Origin: Chlorokybus atmophyticus
Taxonomy: Eukaryota > Plantae > Mesostigma and Chlorokybus algae
Reading direction: 5' to 3'
Length of the DNA: 64,000 nucleotides
NCBI GenBank assembly: GCA_009103225.1
Contig: RHPI01001737.1
Location: forward strand, 676,310-740,309
How positions within the stretch are numbered: position 1 is the first letter of the stretch; each line of letters starts with the position of its first letter. The translations under genes were made by a program, and so were the position numbers. This document shows, piece after piece, positions 25,401 to 39,878 of this stretch. The notes beneath the pieces were generated by a model, which was not told the origin of the DNA, searched no databases, and saw only the letters and a program-made list of their open reading frames with translations.

Positions 25401-28313
25401 AAGTCATCCACTGCGGTGGTTGATGTGCGCGCCGTCATCAACCCGCTGAACCCCACTGCCCAGAAGCTCGCACCAATGCTGATCTTCCTTCGAGAAGCTT
25501 TTGGCGACCTCCTTGCTTTTGCAATCCACCTGAATCCTGAGGTACTACCGCTGCAGGGTCACACGAACATGTGGGCTGCCTTTGTCATGCAACACAGGCC
25601 ATTCTACCGTTACTGTCAATGTGCTCTCCTCAATGCTTCTTCGCTGTCACACGAAGCTGCTTTCTCCTTAGTTCACGAATCACAAATACTAGATGCTTGC
25701 ACCCACTCCTTGAACTCATCAACTCATCAAGATCTGCAATCATCTCTTGTGCGTTAACTTGCTTACGGCTCTTGGCAGGTTGCATTGTCCGACATGCCTT
25801 TGAAAAGTTATTACCGATACGCGCTCGACTCTCAGGTATACTGAATGCATTGTAAGATGAGGCGTTTCTTTTGCATCTGCGTGTGAAGTGAACTCATGTT
25901 ACACGGTGTCTAACACAGTTGAGTTACACGGAGCAAGGCAGCCTTACGTCAGGACCCGCAGCAATCTTTGGCAACCTTGCCACCAATAAGGTGCTGACTC
26001 TGCACATGCATGTACCGGAACACTGGCTGGTGGAGGGGACATACGCTCAGTACGATATGGACAACTTGCGTTTGTCGGACATGGGGGATGCAAAATCCAC
26101 GTACGTACAATATGAGCTTGAAGCGCTGCTGGTGACAGGTAACAGTCCATGATACATTCGCACTTGATGTTTCTTAAGACCTGGGCTAAAGTATTTCAGG
26201 TGAATCGTGTAGTGTATTAATCTATATAATGGCAGGAAGCTGCAGAGACGTGTCAAGTAGAGAGCCCCCAAGAGGGTTGCAGCTTTGGCTGGGAACCGAT
26301 ACTGAGCAGCATGTTGTGGACACAATCGTCATGTCAAACCTCGGTTACTTTCAGGTACTGCCAGCTTTGCAACGAACTGCACTTGTAGCAGCTGATATAT
26401 GGGAAGTGTGCGTCTGCAACGTCACAACTGCCAACTTGCACACAGTTAAAAGCGGCTCCTGGCGTGTGGTACCTGAGGCTCGCACCAGGGCGGTCAAGCG
26501 AAATTTATGCCATACTTGCAAGCCAAGACAGCACGGCCAACAGCCAGGATGTAGTTGAAGAGTGGACGGTGTCGGTCATTGACTTTGGCGGCAGACTGGT
26601 CCCATTGTTTGTGACCAAGAGACCCGGCAAGGAGACGGAAGATGTACTCGATGTCTCTGAGAGTGCCAGCGACAGCCGTCAAAGCAGTAGCCAAGTGAGT
26701 TGTGCTACTGACTCATGACAGTCCTTTGCTGCCACTCCAGATAGTGTCTAACTTGTCCCACAGGTCGCTGCAACTCCAGGGGCATCTGCGAAGAGCCACA
26801 ACTTGTGGGAGTATGCACAGCAGTATCTGCATGGTTTGCTGGGCTCGGCACATGTGCTGAAACATGAAGGTACTGTGTGCTCCCGCAGAGCGCCAAACAA
26901 GGCGCCTTCATGACATTGTGATGAGCGTTTTTCTGTATCGTGCAGCTCCGGCTGCGGCTCAGCCAGATGGCATCCACATATTCTCCGTTGCCTCTGGCCA
27001 CTTGTACGAGCGGTTTCTCAAGATAATGATTATGAGCGTGCTGAACAACACCAAGTCGCCCGTTACATTCTGGTTCATAAAGAACTACTTGTCGCCACAG
27101 TTCAAGGTGCATGTTCATTGTCCATGCATTAATGAAGAATGACGAGACCCTGTCGATGTACACACTGACTGGCTCAACATGTAACCTGCAGGACTTCATA
27201 CCTCATATGGCGCGCCGATACAACTTTCAGTATCGCTTGGTGACATACAAGTGGCCAACATGGCTCATCAAGCAAACAGAGAAGCAGCGCATCATTTGGG
27301 CATACAAAATCCTCTTCCTTGATGTCTTGTTCCCGTTGTCTCTCAACAAGGTGCATAGCTTGACTGCTCCACATCAAAACAAAAGCCCAAAACATGACCT
27401 ATGTCGTTCTGATGTTATATCGATTGACTTTGTTTCTTCCATGTTCAAGCAAGCTGGACTGTTTGAGCAAGGTGTTTGTTGTTCGCGCTTGTACAGGTGA
27501 TATACGTTGATGCCGATCAGATTGTACGCACTGATATGCAAGACCTGTGGGACATGGACTTGCATGGATCCCCACTAGCTTACACGCCCTTCTGTGACAA
27601 CAATAAGGAGATGGAAGGTTTCCGCTTCTGGAAGCAGGCATGGAGCTGTTTCTATGTACCTGTGGCAATCCGTACCATAGCACATATGCCAGCTTCAAGC
27701 ACATGGTCAACCTGGTTGTGCTAAACAGCGGTTATTCAGGGGTTCTGGAAAGACCACTTGCGCGGCAGACCGTACCACATCAGTGCGCTCTATGTGGTTG
27801 ACCTTCAGCGCTTCCGTCAAACGGCAGCAGGCGACCATTTACGCGTGTACTACAACAACTTGGCCAAAGACCCCAACTCTCTGGCTAACCTTGACCAGGT
27901 AGAGTTTGAAGCTTATAACATGTGGTAGTCAACCAGATGTAAACAATTCTAGTTGATTACCAATCATATGTGTATTGCAGGACCTTCCCAACTATGCCCA
28001 GCATGTCGTTCCTATCTTCTCGCTGCCGCAAGAGTGGTTGTGGTGCGAGTCGTGGTGTGGCAATGCCACAAAGGCGGCGGCAAAGACGATTGATCTGTGC
28101 AACAACCCGTTGACGAAAGAACCCAAGCTGGAGGGAGCCAGAAGGATTGTAGCAGAGTGGCCCGCACTTGATGCAGAGGTGAGGAGGTTCACTGAAGCAG
28201 TGGAGGCTCAGGGAGAGATAGCAGCTGAGGGTAGTGACATTGCACAGCCGCCCCTATTGGCAGCGGTTGGCGGTAGCAATGCGGACGACCTATCTGATCG
28301 AACCGAGTTGTAA
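19458..28313 (+). CDS. UGGT: UDP-glucose:glycoprotein glucosyltransferase (GT24), multi-exon
   Basis: Signal peptide, [12 protein letters not shown]; [17 protein letters not shown]; catalytic [52 protein letters not shown]; ends RTEL* (ER-retention-like). One GC-AG intron at 27638-27739. Confidence 0.97.
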
Positions 28314-30189
28314 TTTTAGAAGAGGAAGCCAGCTGCAATCGCATAGCTGTCTTGAGCTATGCAATTTTGTGGAGTCTCTTGGCCTTACCTTGGCCGAACC
28401 AACCATGCTACTTGCCATTGCCTGTGTGATATGTGATATGTGCATGTGCATGTGCGTGTGAAAGCCTGATACAAGCAGTTTCGAGCAATTGCAATTTCCC
28501 TCGAGCGATGCGTACACACAGCTGGTGTGCACGTGACTACCACCACTGCCGGTTAGTCAGTCATGCATGCATGCATGACTAACAGGGGGGGCAGTAGGAG
28601 TAGAGGTAGAGTAGCGATGTAGTTGGCCCGGTGGTCGTGCAGGCGGCATGGAGGTGCGTGGGGTGTGTTGCATGTCATGCATGGCATTGAAATGCATGCT
28701 TATTAACGCCTCGTGCTAATCTTGTACAATGTAATGGCTATCTGCCTTACATTCTTCATAACGTTCGAGACGTATACACAATTCAGCTGATCGGGTGTGC
28801 CCGCATCTGTGTCCTTTAACATGCATTCGGGTTTGGTAGAAGCTATAATGGTTGTTACATTGTTACGTCCTGCTATTGTACAAGATATGCGCGTGCTGTG
28901 ACAAGATGTTTATAAGATACCTAAAAACTTGTAGTTAATAAGCTGTACGACATGCGCAACTATACGGATGCATTGGCACACTCAAAGCAAACCAGCGAAA
29001 AACCAGCAAAAAAGCAATAACGCATCATTGAAAACATATACTTTGTGCCCACTCTATTGCTTGACATGGGTGGTACGAACAATACCACATGACAAACCAA
29101 TGCTTGCGAGTAATTTTATTTATAACATATTTGTTGTGTCCTATCGCGATTATGTACATATGATTCATATGTTATAAGCCATTTGTTGTATTCTATACAT
29201 CTTGAAGAGTGTCGCAGCATTCATATTAAAACATAAGATTATTATGGTAAGGTACAATAGCGTATGCTTTATGGCACCATTAAATACAACATTATGGATT
29301 TGCTACTCAAATTACACGCATCACATAACACCTCACATGCATTACATTATACTGTGTTATCATTGTACATTAAATCAATTCAACCGTCTTTTCGGTCTCA
29401 TACAAGCTTATTTGCGCATGGTTACATGCATTTATTTTACTGAAACCGATTGATTCTCGTCATATAAGCGTTGCGTGTCTTGTAACACAACACTTGCGCT
29501 TATGATACCAATATGCATGCTCGTATGTGCACATCGTTTATATCACATTGCAATTCGTAAAAAGCACGAGACTTGTATGCACATCAGCAAACCTTTGTGG
29601 TTATGTACAATTTGCTGCCTGTGCGTCCGGGCTTTACAGCTTACATTCAGTGACTCAGGGCAGGCTCTGAGCTGACAAGTTATAAGCCTACAAGGCCTAC
29701 ATGTGCCTAATGTTAGCTAACATTAGGCACGTGTAGGCGTTCTCACATCAATGTTGGGTCACGTGACCCTTCCCTGCGTCGTCGCTCTATTGGCGCGCTG
29801 TCAGCCCTGCCAACTCGACACAGGCGCGCACACTGGACCTGCCACGCCCCGCCACCTCGGCTCACTGCCCGCGTCTGACGTGGCCGCTTTTGTGCGCTCG
29901 CACCGCCACGTCAGTGCACGCAGGGGCATCAACGTACCACAACAATTGGGCCTCACTCAAACTTACCGTGTACACCTTTAGCTAGCATGCAGTAGCAGTC
30001 GCTGCAATAAAGACAGTGAGATTACGAGCTTGTTGGTCTGTACTCTGTCCAGGCCTTGGGTTGAGAGGTTGTCAAGGGGCCCTAGATAAGGGTGCTTAGA
30101 GCACAGCCTGGAAGGTGAAGTTCCACCAACGTACAGTATACGGCTGGTTGTTGCTCCTGTCGGGTTGGGTATAGTTGTTGTTGTACAGC

Positions 30190-33100
30190 ATGGCGGCGGC
30201 GGCGGTGCTGGGCGGGTCGCAGCTGTTGGTGACATGGCGGGCAGGCGGCAAGGTGCACAGGAGGCGGGAAGGTACGTCCCTGCGGCCGTCTCGGCCGAGC
30301 GGCGGCAGAGCACAGCGCTGCGTCAAGATGAGCGCAGCTGGGCCGGAGCACAGCAGCAGCAGCAGCAGTAACAGGAAGGGTTTGGGGCAGAAGCTGGCTG
30401 CGGCTGTAGTGGCGCCCGCCCTGGCACTCACTCTCGCGCTTGGCTCGCCCTCATCTGCGGCCCTGGCCGCGACTGACACCGCCAGCGCTCCCACTCCCAA
30501 TCAACAATCAGCTGAGGTAGGCTTTACGCTTGTCAACCTGACATGCATACTGCATACATTCACATGTGTTTTGGATAGAACTTGGTTATGCGGTCCTTTA
30601 CATGCATGCATGTCGAGACTTTCACTGAGTTGGTTCACTTGACTTAATGGTCATCAAGCGACCACGCCAAGTCACAGGGACTGTTTGCATGCATGCCTCT
30701 CGTGTTTGCGTATGTGTCGTGTACGTTGCTTGCGGTGTATATTTGCCAGTAGCCAGTAAGTCAGATGCTTTGATCATACTTAGGTATCATTTCGTTCTGA
30801 CAAAGGTCAACGCTTGATGTGCATGCTTTGTGTTACAGTCTTCGTCGACACGCATGTCATATTCGCGCCTTCTGGAATACATTGAAGAAGGGCGCGTTAA
30901 CAAGGTGGATCTTTATGGAAACGACCGCATAGCCCTCGTGGAGCTGAAGGAACCAGAGCAGAACAAAGTCCGGAAGCTGGCCGTCAGCCTACCACGAGGT
31001 TAGGACATGATGGTTGCGTTTTTATGCATGCACGTATGGGCATGCGCAGACACATGCATGCATGCATGCATACATGCGTGTAGTGAGCCAGCACACTTGT
31101 GACCAACCGTGTGTCCTCGTGCGCGTTCACATGTACGCATGTGGGCGCGTGTGTGTGTTGCAGCATGCATGCACTCACTCACAAGTGCACGCATAGGCAC
31201 GGATATCTCACCTGCGCACATGCATGTGCTGACCTGCGTGCATGCATGATTCAGAAATGCTTGTTTGTGTTCAGTGCCAGGGTCCACTCGTGAGCTAATG
31301 CGCAAGATACGGGAAAAGGATGTAAATGTTGCGGCGCACCGGATAGAGCAAGAGGCCGGCCCAGGCGGGTTCTTCGTGGATCTGCTCTTCCCGGGCCTGT
31401 TGATCGGCAGCCTGTTTCTGCTCAGCAGACGCAATCAGGGTGGCCCGAGTGGCCCATCTGGCCCAGGAGGAGGCGGCCCTGGAGGTGGTGGAGGACCCTT
31501 CAACCCACTCAACATTGGCAAATCCAAGGCTAAGTTCCAGGTGTGTTGCCGTTGTGAGCTGTGGTAAGTGTTGCCCCTTAAAGTTGTGTGTGAATACACA
31601 TTGCTGATTGTGTATGTGTGGGTGCGCGTGTCTTTCACAGCTTGAGCCAAACACGGGTGTTAAGTTTGAGGATGTTGCTGGCGTGGACGAGGCAAAGATG
31701 GAGTTTATGGAAGTGGTCGAGTTCTTGAAGAACCCGCAGCGCTTCACCTCCGTTGGCGCACGCATCCCGAAGGGCGTGTTGTTGACCGGGCCTCCCGGCA
31801 CTGGCAAAACTCTCCTCGCAAAGGCCATCGCTGGCGAGGCGGGCGTGCCCTTCGTGTCCATGTCCGGGAGTGAGTTCGTGGAGATGTTTGTGGGTGTGGG
31901 CGCGTCACGTGTGCGAGACCTCTTCAACACAGCGAAGCAGAATGCGCCGTGCATCGTGTTTGTGGATGAGATTGATGCCATCGGGCGCCAGCGTGGAGCG
32001 GGGCTCGGTGTAACCAACGATGAGCGCGAGCAGACCCTCAATCAGCTGCTTTCTGAGATGGATGGCTTTGTTGGCAACACGGGCGTTATTGTTGTTGCGG
32101 CCACCAACAGAGCTGACATTCTTGATAGGGCTCTCCTGCGACCCGGCCGCTTTGATCGCCAGGTACATGCACGAACACATGTGTGCGCACGGCTGTCCGC
32201 ACGCACACACACGCAGATGCACAAGTACGCATATGAGTGCATAAACGTATTTCGCGTGCACTCACAAGCATGCACGCGCGTATGCAAGCGCATTTTCGTG
32301 CACAGAAGTGTTGTTTTGTGTATTACTGATGGCCACCTGTTTGTGTCACAGGTTTCTGTGGATTTGCCAGATGTGAAGGGGCGGGAGGCCATTCTCAAGG
32401 TGCACGCCAAGAACAAGGTGTTGAGTAGAGATGTCGATCTGGCGTCCATTGCTCTGCGCACGCCCGGGTTCAGTGGGGCTGACTTGGCGAACCTCTTGAA
32501 CGAGGCCGCCATCCTCGCCGGAAGGCGGGCCAGAGATGCCATCAGCGATACTGAGGTGCGCGACCCTGGATTGGCCGTACCTACTGCACACGCACACACT
32601 CTCACATGCACACATACATCATCACTCGCCATTAATGTGTAACAAACACGGCATGTAACCATCATGTAGCTTGACCCTCGGATGTATAGTTGTTTTTATG
32701 TGTGTATGTTGATTGTAGGTTGAGGATGCTCTTGATCGCATCATCTCCGGATTGGAGGGAACAGCTCTGTCGAGTGGCAGGAACAAGACTTTGATGGCCT
32801 ACCACGAAGTTGGCAAGGCCCTTGTCGCGTAAGTTGGCTTGCCTGCGTGCACTCACCCCTCCTTGTCGGTTTCCTGCTCATCAGTATAATGAGGGGTTAC
32901 GACAAGTGGTGACACAGGCTATCTTATCCGCAGGTCATTGACACCCGGCCACGATCCCGTTCAGAAGGTGTCCCTGGTGCCAAGAGGCCAGCGCCAGTCC
33001 ATCACGCTGTACACGCCGTCGGAAGACCCTTCTCTCATCTCAAAGTCGCAGCTGTTTGCGCGGATTGTCGCGGCGCTTGGCGGCAGAGCAGCAGAGGAGA

Positions 33101-33675
33101 TTGTTTTTGGCGAGAGTGAGACGACCACTGTTGCTGGCAACGAGTTGCGATACGTCAGCCAGCTGGCCAAACAGGTTTGTAGTGCAGGTCCTGTGCGTAT
33201 ATTGTGCCTGTTCTTAGAGGGGTTTTAACCAGAGCAGTGGCAGTGCATGCATGTGCATGTGTATGTGCGTATGTGCTCGTGCGTGCTCAGCTTGAACTTG
33301 TTCAAGCTCGGCTGATGCATTGTTGACTTGTACTTGCAGATGGTGACTGTGTTTGGGATGAGCGATATTGGTCCCTGGTCGCTGCAAGACCCGTCGTCAC
33401 AGTCGCCAGATCTGATCATGCGCACACTGGCACGCAACAGCATGTCCGAGAAACTGGCGGAGGACATTGACGATGCAGTCACCAACCTTGCGCAGGACGC
33501 GTACCGCAGGGCTGTACAATTGGTGCAGGAGTATAGAGTGGCCCTTGATGCTCTTGTGGACGCGCTGCTCGACAAGGAAACCCTCTCTGGACCTGAGTTC
33601 CGGCGACTGCTCTCCAAGTTTGCGCAGATACCACAGGAGAACAGGGTTGCGCGGGATGAGCTGGTGATGGCGTGA
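30190..33675 (+). CDS. FTSH: Plastid type-B FtsH (FtsH2/VAR2-like) AAA protease paralog with altered zinc motif
   Basis: Transit peptide; [10 protein letters not shown]; Walker A GPPGTGKT, Walker [26 protein letters not shown]; M41 domain [52 protein letters not shown] reads HEVGK (32803-32817). Confidence 0.95.
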
Positions 33676-35088
33676 GCTTGTTGTGTTCGTAGTGTACAGT
33701 GTGTAGAAGGTTAATTGTAGAGTTGTTTGGCCTCACCTGCACTGCGAGATGGTAAGCACAAAAGCTGTGCCCTTAGTGCGCTGTGCTCAGCGATTGTGTT
33801 GGTACGCTGCTTGCGCGTGGTGTACTGGTAATGAGTTGTACTGCAAAGGTGATTGATGGACAATACCCGTGGACACGATCAGTTCTCATTTGCCGTTGCA
33901 GACTCAGCATATGAGATGTGCAGATTGACTTGCACACGCAGCGATGGTATGCTACACTTGTATGCTTGGTGATGTGTGGCTTACCCATGCACCAAGACAC
34001 GTGCACCGATTGTGCAATGGTGTCAGTGAGCTAGGGTGCAACAGTAGAGCTCGGAATGCAAGTTTACATCATGTGACGATCTCATACCAACCGCTAGCAG
34101 TCCGTGCATCCATACTTGCAGGTCGTTTGTTAGCAGTTCAAACCAAATTGAAGCTAATGTTGTACAAAAGTTCCAAAAACAAATCCTGCTCGCTAATAAA
34201 AACGTAAGTGCATACGGGGTGCGGCATCATACATGCTGACATGTATGCGAGATGGTATGCTAGATGTGCGTTGTGCATGAGGATTATGCACACTGTACAT
34301 ACAAAAGGGAAGCTATCACTAGAGTAGTAAAGTAATAGTGTAGTGCGTAACAGAATATGATATTGGTGTTGATTGATGTTTGATGCTGTATATAAGGGGT
34401 ATGGTACGGTGTGTTGCTCATACTTAAATGCTTGAGTGCAATGCATGGCGTGGCGTGCATAGTGCATAGCATAGCAAGACAAGAGTTTACCTCTAATATT
34501 ACAAATACATATGCATATCCTATGCATGTGCATTTGTAATCCTACCTTTTGTGTACAACTACACTGGATCGGTTAGCTGATGTTGGTAGCCTCTGACTAC
34601 ATGATGGTATGTCAATATATTGCCGATGCAAGCAAAGATGATTGGTTTTATCGAGCTTCAACCAAGTACCTGGTACAATTGCCCCAACAGTCTGCATGTC
34701 CATACCTACCTGTAACAGCTATCTACACACATCACCAGCCGTGCAGCACATGTTGTGCAACTTCAGTACCGTCATGGAAATGTCAACGCATCGACCGGCT
34801 ATCCAGCTTCAGAATTGCAATGCACGCTCATATCACTATTCGTGTATGGCAAAGTTACTCCTCCACTGACACTGGCCCATTCAAGCGGTCTAAGGGTTGT
34901 CAGACTGTCTGGGCTAGTTACTGAAGACAGGTCGCGCAGCTGTTCCCCCTGCACAAACCAGCCATACCAACTGTCACAATGCTGGTATGCGCAATGGTGA
35001 AAAAGTGCTGCTAAAGATACAGTATAAATTATACAATATGTCACACTGCAATGAGACTACGCACCTGCAAATTCTGAGAAGCCTACTT

Positions 35089-37927
35089 CTAATGACCGCC
35101 ACTCTCGCCGCGAATGGTGTTGAAGACCGCCATACTTACTGACCACTTGCTCATGTTGATGAGAGCGTACTGCGGAAACCCTCGGAAAAAAGCTTGGGCT
35201 CCGCCGCGTGCCATCAAGCCTCGCGTGATTTGCAGTGCTGACTCGCCTCCGCGCGAGATCATCACGTTGGACTTGACCACGTCAATTGGGAGCGTGACCA
35301 CCGATGCCACGAATGCTGCTGCCGCACCCATCAACATCCGCTCACCAAATGTGGGCTCTCGATCCTGAGACACACTTCACTGATCACGCACAAACTCATC
35401 CATAACAGACGCGTTGCAGGTACACCTCACCTTGTACATCTTGCGTAGTTGCTCAAACATGGCAAACTGCGTGGCTGTGTAAGGCAAGTCCCGCACGAGC
35501 GTCTCTAGATATCCCACATACACCCCTCGAACACCCTGGCACATTGAAACAAAGGGCCAGCTGTAACCAATTTGCATTGGCAATGCAAATAGCATTGTAT
35601 GTGCCAACTTCTTGCACAATGAAGGTAACCTCTTGAGCACGTGAAAGCCGAACAACATTGTGTCTCAGCGAGTCTGTCCTACCTGTTGTTGGAGTATGGT
35701 TGTGGTAGCCTGCAGCACATTCCTGTACCTTGTCGGGTCTTCCATCATTCGTTTTGAGATCACCTCACCAGGTACGAATGCGACGGAACCCGCGAGTTCT
35801 GCAACAGCTGCACCCGCTGAGTTCGCCACAAACTCTTCCGCTGCTGTCGGAATGTCTCGATCCTGCCAGCAGTTGTGAATTACCCACACGGCATGCACAG
35901 CTGGCGACAGAAGACAAACAGGCAATCTACAACAGTCACGATAACAACAACACATCACATATTGCGTTGGCCGGAAAACACCCCATGCAGATACGCACCT
36001 TTGGCTTGAGGATGCGCGCAATGGACTTTTTGATTGGATTGTATGTGCAGTACATGATAATGCTGTAGGGCAAGCCTGAGAAGTAAACGGCATCGAGGCC
36101 ATAAAATAACCCCTTGATACCCTGCGATTGCAAATCCTTGGCTTGAGTACGCATATCATATGCTATCAGTTTATATGATAGGTGCGCAGGTGTGTTATTG
36201 TGTGCCCGACTTGCGTGCATGAGTGCCTGTGCATGCATGTGTGAGGCAAGCCTCGCTACACATACCCATGCCTGTGCCTCTCTGCGCACTTGCGCTTTGT
36301 GGCTGAGCGCATGTGCGTGTGTGCATGCATGTGTGCTAAGCGCGTGCAAGTACGTGCTTGTGGCTTCAAAACTATGGTAACCCATGTGAGCAGTTGGTCC
36401 ACCGCTTGCCTGCTTTGCCGTAACAGCATTGAATGCAGCCAATGGTGAAGCTCCTGTGGCCTGTGCAACATCAAGTTCCTGTGGTCAATGACTGCACCGT
36501 GACGATCCAGCAGCCGACCATGCAGCGTACAACCTGAAATAGTATGCCCTCAACGCTGACACTAGTACGCTGACACAATTACACGCCCTGTAACTTACTG
36601 TACAGCGATGCATTGGCCATCTTAACACAATTATGGCAAAGGGAGGCAGCATTACACAGCATGGGGTATGCATGGAGGACACACGTAGGCTTGGACACAA
36701 GTCTGTAAGCTGACGATAACAATGTACTTGCTGACCTGTATCCGCGTTTTCAACGTCTCAAGCGGAGTAGCAACTCCGTAGGCAGCAAGACCTGCACAGA
36801 GTCCAGCCCATGCTGTGAAGCCTAGAGCTGCAAGCTGAGCACGCCTACGCTGCTTTCGCTGCTTTTCCTCAGCGGAATCAAGCTGTGTTGTGGACTTGCC
36901 TACCTGCCGCATTCGATACAATCAACAATAACACCGTGTGCTAACACCCCCCCCCCCCTCCCCCCCGGCCTAACATAGTCCTGGTGCTGTTGTTAGCTTT
37001 GGACACTGGCAGGGGACTAACATGCATGCATACAATGTTGTGTGACACATGCATACATTGTTGTGTGACACATGCATGGGCAGCACAAGATGTGGACAGA
37101 GCGCTGTTAACGATGGCCTCAACCTCAATTGCACAACACGGTCTTGCACTGAACTGTGCATGTGGAGGAGGCAGGCAGCATACTGCCACGTACAGTTTCC
37201 ACCCATCCTCAGNNNNNNNNNNCCCCCCGCCGGTCAAAAGGGACTTTCTACGGGAGGAGGTGTCTGTGACATTGGCTTTATGCTGTGTTGTCGTTTCTTG
37301 TGGTGTTTTGGGCGGCGGGGGGGGGTGGTAGTGGCAGTATGTTGTGCTGTGACATGAGAGACCTACAAGCTGTCAAAGTACTCTGAGTCGCAAGCAACTA
37401 GTCTGTACAACATCGTCGTTGTTCGCATTGTTAGCATGCAACTGACTTCATGGGCCCTCACTCCCATCCCCACGGCCACACACAAGATATAAACAACAAA
37501 TTAGCAGCCTGCTCGCATGCATGAAAAGCAAAGCGTAGCGACGAGAAGCATACAACATGGTAATGCATGACTCTTAGTAAAACCCAAGTGACGGAACCGG
37601 TAAACCAATGCCTTGCTGATATGTACATTGTTGCAACTCGTTGTTCAGCTCCATCATCCGCCAGCCCACCTGCAATGTGGTGCAAGCAAACCCTGTTCCA
37701 CCTCGCCTTCTTCTCCTTAACAGCGCTGGCCTGTGCTTCAGCAATGCCGCAAGCTGCGCCTGTGCGCCGTCAGGCCAGTTAAGCTGCGGAGGCCAGGGCA
37801 GCTGCTTCACGCCAGCTAGCAACTGGAGCTGAGGCCACTGCAGCTCAAGCGCCGGCAGCCTGAAGCCCACAATCTCCTTTCCCTCGCACCCTGCTCCTCC
37901 TGCTGTCCCCACCTCACCTGCCCCCAT
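35089..37927 (-). CDS. Mitochondrial carrier family (SLC25) protein, SAM-carrier-like; 5' end uncertain (assembly gap in intron)
   Basis: Three PX[DE]XX[KR] signatures: PLETLKTR, PGEVISKR, PIDVVKSN; also GIKGLFYG, GVRGVYVGY, RDLPYTATQFAMFE; stop TAG at 35089-35091. Confidence 0.85.
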
Positions 37928-38238
37928 CGCCTAGCCCAACCAACTTGCGGCAGCGGCGGCGGCAGCACAATGCAAGCATACAATGCAGCTGACTGCCTCA
38001 GAGTCACATGGCAACGTCAACGTTAGCTAAGTTCTCTTTGTTACGTGTGTTTTGGCCTGTGGCACTTGTTTGGCCACAAGTTCCCAGCTGACGTAACGCA
38101 AGGCGAGAGTAACCACGTTAGGTTAGACAATGCAGTACACAAGGCTTGTCAGCGGCATTGTCGTTGGCGTTGGCGGTGTCCGTGGCGGTGTAGGCGACGG
38201 CGTTGGGGGTGGCAGTGTAAGCTTGTGGTACGCATGCG

Positions 38239-39878
38239 ATGACGACGATGGCGCTTGTAGGGTTGAGCGCCAGCTGGGAGGTGGCGTCGGGGGACTTGCG
38301 GGCGGTGGTGAAGGTGGTGTCCGAGGAGGGCGCTGCGCCGGAGGAGGACGAGGAGGAGGAGGCTGAGGCGGTGGGACAGGTGTACAGGGAGGAGAGAGTA
38401 GGCGGGCTAGACGGTCTGGTCGATGGCGTATCAGCGTCGTCATTGACCGACGCCGCTGGCGCCGGCCCCGGCCCTGCTGAGCAGGGTGGCGATGAATGCA
38501 GTCCGCAGCTGCCGCCGCTGAGGCTGCGGCACGCAGCCAGCGAGGACCTGGTTGTTCTTCAGCCACCAGAGGAGTACTCTCCATGCGAAATAGTGGGTGA
38601 GTTGAGGGCAGACTTATTCGCTGCTCACATGCTCCCAAGTGCATTGAATGGCATGCATGCAAGCTGAATTCATTTGAATGGTCGTCTTCTGTCAAGATTA
38701 TTGTGAAGTGCCTCGTGGTCTGAGAGATGGTTCCAATCTGTTGCACATTGCAACCGTATTCTGATCTGGTTCAAACTGTAGCAGCGCATGCAAAGGCGCA
38801 GTTAGTTGCTGTTGTGCCACGGTACTGTGTTATTATACGCTTGCGCAACACCGTACATTGTCGCTCTAGTGGCTTGGCACTGCATTGTCAGTAACCGATT
38901 ACAACGGTGCTGTAGGCAATGTGCATCAGCCAGCATTGCTGACTTTGTAGTACTGACTGGTGGTGTTACGGAGGTCAGTGCGCGCAAACATGACAGTCTC
39001 AGTGCACTGAAGACTGAACTGTAGTTGTGCATAGTGAGCCTGGTGCCAAGCGGGGTTCACGTGAAGGGTGTGCAAGTGTTTAGTACTGCCAGGATTGTAG
39101 AGTTGTATAGTGCATCTCGCGGCCAGATGGAGCCGAGCTACTTCCAAACTGTTCGTGCCAGCCCTGTGCGCCCCGAAGGACCCCTGCCGAGCACCTCAGC
39201 ATCTGGTCAGAAGCTCCTGGAGTGCTCTCTTTCCGACCTTGATGCAATCTGGACACAGGTGAGTCTTTCCACCAGTGTGCCTTGGCTTTAGTGGTTATGC
39301 ACTTGCACTGTGTGTCATATTCTATTGTGAACACTAAGCTGTTTCACACCATTTTGCAGGTGGTTATCAAGCTCGCGTCCCTTCAGAACAAAGCGCGTTT
39401 GGAGGTGCTTGCGGTCAAGGTTGTGACAGCAGGTGCATACCATCATCCGGCTGATGGTTGGGAGGTGGTGTCTCCAGGCTTGCCGCAAGCAGCTTCGATA
39501 ACAACCACCACCACGACCACCACAGCCTCTGCACCCGGGGGCTCCACCGCGGCCCTCATGATGATGACGCGTCTCATGGCCGGCTCGGCAAATGCACTAT
39601 CAGGCGCCTCGCAACCTGCACCACCCGCACTTGCACGGCCCAACCTGGCCACCGCTGGTACTCCACGCGTTGAAGCAACTGCCTCGGTACAGCCACCACC
39701 CGAACCCGCTTCTGCTGTGCTGGCGTCGAATAGTATAGCAGCCTCAATCACTGAAGCTACAGCACGCTTCAGTGCTCTTGAAGCACGGATGGCCAGTTTG
39801 GAAAGCAAGCTCGATACAGTGTTGGCACAGCTGGATGCACGGCTGACACGCATCGAGGCTGTTGTACCTGTCACATAA
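38239..39878 (+). CDS. Uncharacterised protein, PAAT/C10orf88 (DUF4506)-like, with C-terminal coiled coil
   Basis: 3 exons; motifs VFSTARIVELY, YFQTVRAS, VVIKLASLQNKARLEV recalled as resembling PAAT-like proteins; heptad-like FSALEARMASLESKLDTVLAQLDARLTRIE. Confidence 0.5.

Noticed and set aside
28552-28591. Palindrome plus G-run as a Helitron end or PPT
   Set aside because: Palindrome is built from the ATGC microsatellite common in this genome; no CTRR end or adjacent LTR.
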